A stretch of DNA of 7,824 nt from a virus (taxonomy: Duplodnaviria; Heunggongvirae; Uroviricota; Caudoviricetes), in IMG/VR virus record IMGVR_UViG_2671180680_000001; one strand, written 5' to 3'. The position numbers were made by a program, and so were the translations under genes. Positions 1 through 6,773 of the stretch are shown in pieces. The stretch's first letter is position 1. Every line of letters begins with the position of its first letter. The notes below the pieces were generated by a model. It was not told where the DNA came from. It made no database searches and was given only the letters and a program-made list of their open reading frames with translations.

Positions 1-98
1 AGGGACAGCTGATAGAAACAGAAGCCACTGGAGCACCTCAAAAACACCATCATACACTAAATCAGTAAGTTGGCAGCATCACCTCATTCGTCTGTTCC

Positions 99-605
99 TT
101 AAATCTTCCAGGAAATTTCTGCATTGCCGTCAGCATCACCGGCACCTGTGAATTCAGCGTTGGTCAGCACCACGTTTTTGCCACTGACTGACGTGGACAT
201 GAATCCACCCAGCGGCACTTTGATGGATTCATCAGTGGAGACGACAACGTATACCGGATCGCCTTTTTTGATAGTGCTGGCATCAAAATCAGAACCGAGA
301 TTAACGGTCACGTAGCCACGCTTCATGGCGTCGCCCGGGAAGTTCTTGCCTGTTCCCACCTGGCGAACCATGTCCGGCTGCGACGTGGTCGGATAAGGGC
401 GCACGTAGATCCCCTTCACCTTGTCTGCGGTATCACCATCTGCCAGCGGCACGAAAAAACCGTCATCATCGTATTTACCAGCCAGGCCATAGGCAGCGAA
501 GGCGTTATCGGATTTAAGGACCACCGGTTCGACGGTTAAGTCCTGCGGGCGAGAGACAGCCCCGGCAATGCCAACAGGCATCCGGTACAGAAATACATTA
601 TTCAT
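99..605 (-). CDS. Phage head-module protein of unknown function (168 aa); possible capsid accessory/decoration protein
   Basis: Uninterrupted 168-codon ORF. Its ATG (605..603) lies 3 nt after the stop of the upstream 406-aa gene, so it is translationally coupled within the head operon. Function is inferred only from position after portal/minor-head/scaffold-like genes; no motif recognised. Confidence 0.45.
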   Translation of the reverse strand: MNNVFLYRMPVGIAGAVSRPQDLTVEPVVLKSDNAFAAYGLAGKYDDDGFFVPLADGDTADKVKGIYVRPYPTTSQPDMVRQVGTGKNFPGDAMKRGYVTVNLGSDFDASTIKKGDPVYVVVSTDESIKVPLGGFMSTSVSGKNVVLTNAEFTGAGDADGNAEISWKI

Positions 606-608
606 TTT

Positions 609-1829
609 TTACCCTTTACGGTTTGCCCAGAATTCAGCGTTTTGTTTGTTCAGGGAAGCGATACTGGTCATGCCCATGTTTAGGCGCTGTGCATCGCCGG
701 TGGTGGCGCGGGTGTTTCGCCCTTTGGCAACCTCAGACACGGCATTAAACGCCATGTCGACCGATTGTTTCGGTAATTTGCGGATATCCGCATCACCGAC
801 TATCTGGCGAACCAGCGTTTTGTCAGCAGAAGCCAGAACCTCGCGTTTGAACGCGGTCGGTTTCATCTTACGGCTCAGATCGATACCCGGAACGATAACT
901 TCGGCACGCCAGGCTGAGTCACCAGTAATCGTGGTTTCCTCTTCATCGTCCTCGCCGTCACCGGTCGGATTATCGTCAGGCTTATTATCGTTATCGCCCG
1001 TGGCATTTCTTTCCAGCTTAGCCAGCAGGGCTTTCAGTAATGTTTTGAGGTCATCATCACTGTCGCCGGTTGGATCTCCGCCCATCTCTGGTGCTTTGTC
1101 CGGTAGTGGTTGCTGCGGGGACAGGTTGATGTTGAGATTAACGCCCTGCGGCAAATCCCCCTCATCTCCTGTAACCGATGCGGGAGCCGACTCCACCAGT
1201 TCGTTCATGGTGTCGGCATCTCCTGTCTTGATGGCCGCACGCATGCGGTTCCACCAGTTTTTCTTTTGATTTGCCATTGTGTCTCTGTCTCCAATTGCAC
1301 AACGATTTCCGGCTCTGCCTTTAGGGACAAGAGCCACATGGTTTCCGGTAATATCGACCTGCTCGGCTTTACCTGGCTCGGTCTGCTCGTACTCCGCGTC
1401 ATAGCCGCACGACACTTCGCGCAGGCCATCTTCGATAAGCTGAATGGCGCTTTCGTCTTTGACGATAAGGTCAGCCAGCATCAAATCAGACTGCTCACCC
1501 GTCCCGCGCCGGACATTCTGGAGGTGCCCGACAGCAAGCTCTTTCCAGTTCTCGGGATTTACCAGCCGCACATTCCCGTTTTCATCTTCAGGATGCAGGA
1601 TCGTGATGCTCATCCCTTCGAATGAGGCAAGCGTGGCCGGATGGAATACCTGCTCAGGAGAACGCGTGACGACTATTTCACCGAACTTATCGGGTTTCAG
1701 TTTTGGCAGGTCATCAGCACCATAGAGCTGCTTACCTGTTCGTCCTATCGGCACGTCTTTGCACAGCAACGAGCCGTCAGCCAGGCGGTATCGGGTTTCC
1801 CCGAGCCTGGTCTCAAAAAAGTATTTCAT
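609..1829 (-). CDS. Putative capsid scaffolding / prohead-core protein (406 aa) with acidic low-complexity linker
   Basis: 406-codon ORF tightly packed between the minor-head gene (3-nt gap) and the 168-aa gene (3-nt gap). N-terminal ~190 aa looks globular; the centre is an Asp/Glu/Gly/Thr-rich tract with repeated (P)TGD motifs (SVTGDEGD, DPTGDSDDD, NATGDNDNK, NPTGDGEDDEEE, TITGDS); the C-terminal ~100 aa is basic. Composition and position fit a scaffold/prohead protein; assignment is inference. Confidence 0.5.
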   Translation of the reverse strand: MKYFFETRLGETRYRLADGSLLCKDVPIGRTGKQLYGADDLPKLKPDKFGEIVVTRSPEQVFHPATLASFEGMSITILHPEDENGNVRLVNPENWKELAVGHLQNVRRGTGEQSDLMLADLIVKDESAIQLIEDGLREVSCGYDAEYEQTEPGKAEQVDITGNHVALVPKGRAGNRCAIGDRDTMANQKKNWWNRMRAAIKTGDADTMNELVESAPASVTGDEGDLPQGVNLNINLSPQQPLPDKAPEMGGDPTGDSDDDLKTLLKALLAKLERNATGDNDNKPDDNPTGDGEDDEEETTITGDSAWRAEVIVPGIDLSRKMKPTAFKREVLASADKTLVRQIVGDADIRKLPKQSVDMAFNAVSEVAKGRNTRATTGDAQRLNMGMTSIASLNKQNAEFWANRKG

Positions 1830-1832
1830 GGG

Positions 1833-2615
1833 TTATGCTGCCCTTTTCATTGCGAATGGAACGCGAACAAACACGATCTCTTTATAGCAGCGGCAGTTTG
1901 GCAGCTCGCCCGCGTGGCCGGTCATGCCGTCCAAAGTTGGAGGTGAATCCCAGCGGACGAATTTACCTTTCATGTGATCGTGGGAATCTCGGACATCGCC
2001 ATCATCGGCTGTACGCCAAATATAACCATCCGAGCCAATAGCTATCGCTCGGGCCATATCCAGCGCGCCCGTTGCTCTTCCCAGTTCCGTTCGGGCAATC
2101 AGATCGGCCCTAGACTTAGCAACATCGCCGGTAGATGCAATCTCTTTAGCAAACTGCTCCGCCCGACCACCGGTGACAACAGCCTCTATCGCTTTGTTCT
2201 GGATGTCGTACACCCTGTCTGCGGCCTCGAGAGGCAGAGATTTGATGTACTTGACCTGTTCGGCGATGATGGATTGCATCACCTGGCCCACAGGAGCGCT
2301 TTCCACAAGATTGCGGAGCTCGCGACTGATGTTCTTGCTGTGTTGCCGCCAAACTTTCTCGTTCTGCCGGGTTAGGTCCGCAGTAAAGTTTTCCGCGACC
2401 TTTGTCGCCCAGGGGGTGATGATTTCACTGTAACGCTCCAGCGCCGCAATAATTTCCGTGATACTGTCATTTGAACCATCGTAGCGACCATTTACGATGT
2501 CTCCGACCGCCCTCGCTATCCTGCGTAGGCTGGTTCGATACCGGATTTCCGCCTGACGGCTCCTGCGGTTCGTCATCAGGTTCGCCGATGCCGGGCGGCG
2601 CTTCATCTTCGGCAT
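1833..2615 (-). CDS. Phage minor head / head-morphogenesis protein (Mu gpF / SPP1 gp7-like), 260 aa
   Basis: 260-codon ORF immediately downstream of the portal gene, the usual position for Mu F-like minor head proteins. ATG at 2615..2613 is preceded by GAGGA about 9 nt upstream. Basic N-terminus; ends with a Cys-containing tail (LPNCRCYKE). The 5' end overlaps the portal 3' end by 149 nt in another frame. Family assignment is from recalled similarity and synteny, not a search. Confidence 0.55.
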   Translation of the reverse strand: MPKMKRRPASANLMTNRRSRQAEIRYRTSLRRIARAVGDIVNGRYDGSNDSITEIIAALERYSEIITPWATKVAENFTADLTRQNEKVWRQHSKNISRELRNLVESAPVGQVMQSIIAEQVKYIKSLPLEAADRVYDIQNKAIEAVVTGGRAEQFAKEIASTGDVAKSRADLIARTELGRATGALDMARAIAIGSDGYIWRTADDGDVRDSHDHMKGKFVRWDSPPTLDGMTGHAGELPNCRCYKEIVFVRVPFAMKRAA

Positions 2616-3860
2616 TCTCGATGTCCTCGTCGGTAATGGATGCCCCGATGCCGGTTACGTCAGAATTTTCTCGCAAATCAGTCATAGCGGCTTTCAGTGT
2701 CATCAGACCATCACCCAGCGCCGTACTGATTGCGTTGGTGGTGTTTAACGCCACCGTTGAGCGATCGACATCAGACATTTGCCAGAGCGGGTTAAACTCA
2801 AACGTGAAATCGTCCGGCAGCGGCTTGCCAAGTTCCGAACGATGCATGATGTCCAGTATCCGCCGCACCGGAAGACGTAAACGCCTCTCCTGCAACGAAC
2901 TGATGCGATCGTAATAGTTGGCAAGGTCTGCATCACCGGTAGAAAATCCTTTCGGGGACTGTCCGAACAACCGCACCAGTGGGATACCAACAGCGCCACT
3001 AATCTGTTCTACAAACTGCGAAAGGATGTCATCCAGACCACTGAAGCTGTACTGATGGGTTTCAAACTTATCCCGCGAGTCCATGAGCGTCATGCCTTCA
3101 TTACTCTGGAACTGTCGAATCAGGTCGATATTCTTCAGCAACGCTTCATACGCAGGACCACCAAGTGCGATAAGCTCGCGTAGCTTCTCCACGCTGTAGG
3201 TACGCAAATGCGCCTTGTAGACCAGCTGCGCCGCGCCGACAGTAGCGCTGTCGAACGCGGTAAGACGATCCCAGATACGCTCTACAACCGACATTCCCCA
3301 TTCGTTCTCGGTCATCTTCTGCTGAAATGGCAACGTGACGCCATCAAAGCGAATCAGGCGACTGTGATGAATGCGCCAGGCAGGAATTCCCGTTGCTGTG
3401 GTCACCACATCGTAAAACTCAGGTTTACCCAGGTCCGGCCCCATATCTTTAATGCGGCGGGTCAGTGCCGGGTCGACCGTGCCTACCCCTCAATCATGAT
3501 GAAACCCACCGCGCCGCCGTAGAGGCGCGACCATTTCAGCACGTCATTCAGCGCATCCCAGATTTGCAACTCATCCAGTTGTGATTCGAGAATGCCACGA
3601 TCTTTTGCATCAATTTCCGAAGTGATGCGAATGCCTTTGCGGGTCATATCATCCGGGATAGCATCGACTGCTTCGCCGATGATCTAGGATGAACGATAGG
3701 ACCATTCCACCAGCATGCGGTTACGACTGGTGAAATTAGCCCGGTAGGTGGATGCTGAGTGCTGGTTAGGTGTCTGCATCCCTACGCGGGCAATAAAATT
3801 CTCATAACCATCAGCTGTGGCCTGCACAGTTCGCCGCAGGGCTTGTTTGTTTCGTGCCAT
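2467..3860 (-). pseudogene. Portal protein gene, disrupted (in-frame amber plus 1-nt deletion in a homopolymer)
   Basis: ATG at 3860..3858 overlaps the terminase large-subunit stop (ATGA overlap). Frame A reads MARNKQALRR...VEWSYRSS, then TAG (plus 3684-3686), then IIGEAVDAIPDDMTRKG...GFIMIEG, then TAG (plus 3483-3485). The downstream 325-aa ORF (3444..2467, portal-like) is in a different frame that opens at 3489. Adding one G to the GGGG run (plus-strand CCCC 3486-3489) joins the two frames into a ~464-aa protein (IEG-VGTVDPALTRRIKDMGPDLGKPEF...). Length 1394 nt is not a multiple of 3. Confidence 0.75.
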
Positions 3861-5263
3861 CAGGCCTGTCTCCCCAGCTGTTCCCAGATATCCAGCGATG
3901 TATCGATTGGCGCGAAGGCCATAATGAATGCATCAGCAACGTTTGGTGACGGTATCTCGCGTTTTGCGAGGTCTTTTTTACTTTCGACCATCACACGTCC
4001 GTTACGGTCGAAATCACGATGAGGTGTTGTCAGTTCCAGTTTCAGCTTTTCAAGCAACGGACAACGAGAATCTATGCTGATCAGCTCATCCACAGGATAC
4101 TGTTCTCCGTTGTTAATGGCGTTAAACGTATTTCTGAAACGGTCAGCCACCAGCCACCATGCCTGAGCCTTAAGATTTGCGAAAAAGTCTTTGTTGGGGA
4201 TGCCGTTGTACTCGTCATCTGGCTCATGCACACCAGCACCGGCGTTAAACCTCTGGTAATTCACACGTCGCGCGTATGCGTTCTCGCTCTTCCGGTCAGC
4301 GTTAATTTCAGAGAATTTAGCACCGGCAGACGCACCAACACCGATAGAGTCGTAAACAATATCTGCTTCACGCTCCAGCGCCGCCTGATAAGTACGCTGG
4401 CAGCTCTTCAGTAATTCATCTTCTTTGGCCTTCCATTCGTCGGCCCAGAAAACAACGGATCCGTGACGGTAAACGTTAGCGCACTTATCTGTACCACTGT
4501 CAGCCACGTCAAAGCCAATACGCTTTCTTCCACTGGGTTCGAAATTTAACGTTTTGTGCGCATCCACTGCGGCTTCTATCCAAGACAGTTTGATGATTGC
4601 CGCATCATCATCAGACTCCGGAACGCCCTCATACACATGTTTAAAACCATCCGGATCACGGCGTCGCGCCGCGTCGATAACCTTAAGCATGGTGTCAGAC
4701 AGAAACGGATTTTCGTCATAGTTAATTTTGCGGATGAGAGTGCCTTCGGGCGGATCAACAACGAAGTTGCGCCAGACGAAATCAGTAACAAGTCCGGGGT
4801 TGAATATGAACCAGCATTCCGAACCCTCTTTACGGATCGTTGGCTCCAGAATTTTCCACTGGTATTCCGTCAGTGCGTGGGCTTCTTCCAGCCACAACAC
4901 ATCGATCCCCTCCAGTGACTTAATTTCTTCGATGTTGCGCCATAATCCATAAAAAACAAATTCCGAGCCAGTAACCCGGTTAATGATTTTGTTGTTCAGA
5001 ATACGGAAACGGTGCCGCAGACCAAACCTGTCTATCTGAATTTTGAGCAGGGTATACACCGACTCTTCGATTTTATTCTGGATCTGACGGGCACAACAAA
5101 AACGCAGGGTGTATTTATTCGACAGAAATATGGCAATGCCAGCGGCATCCCATGATTTTGACGATGACCGACCACCATAAAGCACTTTGTTACGTGCCCG
5201 CATAGTCCAGAAACTACGTAAAGCCGGATTCAGCGTCGGTTTGGATGTCAGAGTAGAAGTCAT
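3860..5263 (-). CDS. Terminase large subunit (PBSX/Terminase_3-like ATPase-nuclease)
   Basis: Long uninterrupted ORF with a Walker-A-like P-loop YGGRSSSKSWD near the N-terminus, preceded by an NPALRSFW segment typical of this family, and a long C-terminal nuclease-sized region. Sits directly after the terminase small-subunit gene. Start is ambiguous: in-frame ATGs at 5302, 5290, 5287, 5281, 5263 and 5203; 5263 is chosen (GGAG about 12 nt upstream, 50-nt overlap with TerS). The 5371 start in the ORF track is rejected as a read-through extension. Confidence 0.85.
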   Translation of the reverse strand: MTSTLTSKPTLNPALRSFWTMRARNKVLYGGRSSSKSWDAAGIAIFLSNKYTLRFCCARQIQNKIEESVYTLLKIQIDRFGLRHRFRILNNKIINRVTGSEFVFYGLWRNIEEIKSLEGIDVLWLEEAHALTEYQWKILEPTIRKEGSECWFIFNPGLVTDFVWRNFVVDPPEGTLIRKINYDENPFLSDTMLKVIDAARRRDPDGFKHVYEGVPESDDDAAIIKLSWIEAAVDAHKTLNFEPSGRKRIGFDVADSGTDKCANVYRHGSVVFWADEWKAKEDELLKSCQRTYQAALEREADIVYDSIGVGASAGAKFSEINADRKSENAYARRVNYQRFNAGAGVHEPDDEYNGIPNKDFFANLKAQAWWLVADRFRNTFNAINNGEQYPVDELISIDSRCPLLEKLKLELTTPHRDFDRNGRVMVESKKDLAKREIPSPNVADAFIMAFAPIDTSLDIWEQLGRQA

Positions 5264-5978
5264 TGAGGTCACGCTCTCCATTGCCATCATCAATACCTGC
5301 ATCACGGCGAAGACGATCAGCCTCCAGAGACACCTTATCAGTGGCGGCCTTGCGGTAGGCTGTATCAGCAAATATTTTTCCTACCGTCGCAAGCGTGCCA
5401 ACGATGGACTCAATACGAACTGTATTGCGCATCATTGCTTTCTCGGCGGCGCTGATATTTTCAATCAGCATCTTCCTTTCCTGGTCCCCATTAGCATCTT
5501 CCAGCGACACCAACCACCGACCAATATTCTCTGCAGCGACAAGGTTGTTAGCACGAAGGCGAAATAATTCGTCCTCGAGCGTCAACGCTTTAGCGTCCTC
5601 TATCACCTCATCTTTGAGCAGAAGGCGACGGGCATAACCACCGTGTTTTAATGCCTGCTGGTTACCGGGTTGGAATGGGTTAGTCGGGGGATCGGTACGC
5701 ATTCCGCGTATCGGTTTCGTATCCGGTGTAGATTCTGTTTTTAGTTGCGTACTTTTTTGTGTAAGGCCAGTAATGGCAGGCTTTCTGCTGGTACGCACTT
5801 TCCTTTTTTGCGTACCATTTTTGCAAACCTGCGTACCGCCACTGCGTGCCCAACCAAGCTTTTTGGCCCTCTTCCTGATAGCCCCTTCTGTAACGCCGTA
5901 TTTCTCGCCTATATCACGGAGGCTAAGGACTCCGGCCCGGTATGCCGATTCGATGGCCTCCCAGTCCGGTTTTGCCAT
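5214..5978 (-). CDS. Terminase small subunit (N-terminal HTH DNA-binding domain)
   Basis: 254-codon ORF immediately upstream of TerL. ATG 5978..5976 is preceded by AGGAAG about 8 nt upstream. N-terminus (LSLRDIGEKYGVTEGAIRKRAKKLGW) looks like a helix-turn-helix, followed by a basic low-complexity linker (GTQ/K/R repeats) and a helical C-terminal region, the usual TerS architecture. Confidence 0.65.
   Translation of the reverse strand: MAKPDWEAIESAYRAGVLSLRDIGEKYGVTEGAIRKRAKKLGWARSGGTQVCKNGTQKRKVRTSRKPAITGLTQKSTQLKTESTPDTKPIRGMRTDPPTNPFQPGNQQALKHGGYARRLLLKDEVIEDAKALTLEDELFRLRANNLVAAENIGRWLVSLEDANGDQERKMLIENISAAEKAMMRNTVRIESIVGTLATVGKIFADTAYRKAATDKVSLEADRLRRDAGIDDGNGERDLNDFYSDIQTDAESGFT
5745..5850. 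repeat. Cluster of GGTACGCA(A/G)-type 8-9-mers with flanking A/T tracts inside the TerS ORF; candidate pac / terminase recognition elements
   Basis: Plus-strand copies: TTGCGTACT 5745-5753, TTGCGTACC 5808-5816, CTGCGTACC 5829-5837, degenerate CTGCGTGCC 5842-5850, and an inverted copy GGTACGCAC 5790-5798. Spacings of 63 and 21 bp between same-orientation copies; T6 runs at 5753-5758 and 5804-5809. The repeats lie in the TerS linker region and encode GTQ/KVRT repeats. Confidence 0.4.
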
Positions 5979-6062
5979 GATTATGCTTCCTGTGATTTAC
6001 TGTTATCGCTGCCTGTCACAATAGGTTGCTTTAATTCTTCCTCATCACTCACTCCTGCGACG

Positions 6063-6088
6063 CTCCGTGGCAGGGCCCCCCACAGGAG
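6063..6088. other. Imperfect inverted repeat / hairpin with C-rich loop in the TerS-DedA divergent intergenic region
   Basis: CTCCGTGG (6063-6070), 9-nt loop cagggcccc, then CCAC-A-GGAG (6080-6088): 8 bp of pairing with one bulged A. No U-tract on either strand, so not a canonical intrinsic terminator. Confidence 0.3.
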
Positions 6089-6092
6089 TACC

Positions 6093-6123
6093 TTGTAAAT
6101 GTAAGGTGTTTAAGCCTAAATTA
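6093..6123 (+). promoter_or_regulatory. Weak candidate sigma70-like promoter for the DedA-like gene
   Basis: TTGTAA (6093-6098), 19-bp spacer, TAAATT (6118-6123); each hexamer matches consensus at 4 of 6 positions, about 50 nt upstream of the ATG at 6176. Poor match; listed only because the plus-strand gene needs its own promoter. Confidence 0.15.
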
Positions 6124-6175
6124 AGTCGTATCACGGTTAAATAGCAAAGAAAAATTCACAGAAGGAAAGACATTG

Positions 6176-6685
6176 ATGGAGTGGATAAATGCTTTGATGA
6201 ACTATTTTGTACTTCATCCATATCGCCTATGGGGGCTTCTTTTTATAATAGCGTTCACAAAATCCACTTTACTCATTTCGGCGATATTGCCACCAGCATC
6301 AATTATGATGGCCACTGTAATTACAGTCAGCAAGACGACTCTTTCACCATGGGAAGCTGGAATCACGGTCATGAGTGGCGCATGGTGCGGTACTATCGTT
6401 AATTACCATCTTGGTATAATAATTGGGCATATCCCTCAACTTGCATGTATAATATCAAGCCGTTCCAATACAATAGAACGGGTTCGCCTTCAGTTGCAAA
6501 ATAACTCTGTGTCAATACTTTTCACTTCGCGCTTTATCGCCGTGCTGCGTTATATTGCTCCTTTGGTGGCAGGAATGTTGCAACTTCATCCAGTGAAAGT
6601 GTATACAGTGAGTCTGATTTCAGCTGCTAGCTGGTCAGCACTTTATGTTGGTAGTTTTAGCTTCGTGTTGCCTTTTTTTAGCTAA
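6176..6685 (+). CDS. DedA/YqaA-family (VTT-domain-like) small inner-membrane protein; moron-like cargo gene
   Basis: 169-codon ORF from ATG 6176 (GAAGGA SD 6161-6166; the in-frame TTG at 6173 is less likely). Very hydrophobic, with about four predicted TM segments. Recalled resemblance to E. coli YqaA / DedA family: ILPPASIMMATV, SPWEAGITVMSGAWCGTIVNYHLG, and FTSRFIAVLRYIAPLVAGM resembling the family's R-x-(I/V)-P-x-x-G signature. Clearly more AT-rich than flanking phage genes and transcribed opposite to the late operon. Confidence 0.65.
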   Translation: MEWINALMNYFVLHPYRLWGLLFIIAFTKSTLLISAILPPASIMMATVITVSKTTLSPWEAGITVMSGAWCGTIVNYHLGIIIGHIPQLACIISSRSNTIERVRLQLQNNSVSILFTSRFIAVLRYIAPLVAGMLQLHPVKVYTVSLISAASWSALYVGSFSFVLPFFS

Positions 6686-6773
6686 ACTGCCCATAAAAAG
6701 CTCTTGCGAATCCAGCTTCCCCCATTCCTCTGACAACAGAATCTGATTTGAAGGATAATGAGTAAAATTACCG

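Noticed and set aside
1-98. Start of the next head gene (for example major capsid) on the minus strand at the left edge
   Set aside because: The only in-frame ATGs either hit immediate stops or (ATG at 53) lack an SD and give an implausible N-terminus (MMVFLRCSSGFCFYQLS); too little sequence to support a call.
568-1269. 233-aa plus-strand ORF with a poly-Ser/Pro low-complexity stretch
   Set aside because: Lies entirely antisense to the 406-aa scaffold-like gene; the Ser-rich run is the reverse-complement shadow of the acidic GAT/GAA-rich tract. No RBS or operon context.
1205-1429. Short minus-strand ORFs in alternative frames (1205..1429, 2146..2352, 2745..2999, 4576..4791)
   Set aside because: Alternative-frame ORFs inside longer, better-supported genes on the same strand; Cys/Arg-rich translations with no start-site support.
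3483-3490. Programmed ribosomal frameshift in the portal gene
   Set aside because: No slippery heptamer or downstream stimulatory structure; portal genes are not known to use recoding, and there is an additional in-frame amber upstream. Mutation or sequencing error is far more likely.
5264-5371. N-terminal extension of the TerL ORF to the ATG at 5371
   Set aside because: Would overlap TerS by 158 nt and adds a hydrophobic, Cys/Trp-containing leader atypical for terminases; internal ATGs nearer the TerS stop are more plausible starts.
1110-6098. Other plus-strand ORFs from the six-frame track (1110..1625, 1444..1725, 1641..1946, 1703..2041, 1974..2375, 2173..2433, 2471..2914, 3208..3522, 3759..4022, 4019..4414, 4556..4918, 4728..4952, 5187..5567, 5395..5637, 5745..6098, 5773..6024)
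   Set aside because: All are embedded antisense within the better-supported minus-strand phage genes, have odd composition (Cys/Arg/Ser-rich) and no recognisable domains; treated as shadow ORFs.
5979-6175. Lambda-type cos site (cosN/cosB) in the intergenic region before TerS
   Set aside because: No sequence resembling the lambda cosN I recall, and the terminase is PBSX-like rather than lambda Nu1/A, so cos cannot be asserted. Kept only as a generic possible packaging/regulatory region.
6181-6402. 73-aa plus-strand ORF in an alternative frame
   Set aside because: Completely inside the DedA-like ORF in a different frame; the DedA frame gives a coherent membrane protein, this one does not.
6695-6718. 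Possible bidirectional intrinsic terminator between the convergent DedA and Rz genes
   Set aside because: Only a 5-bp AAGCT/AGCTT stem with an 11-nt loop and a short T-run on the minus strand; too weak to call.
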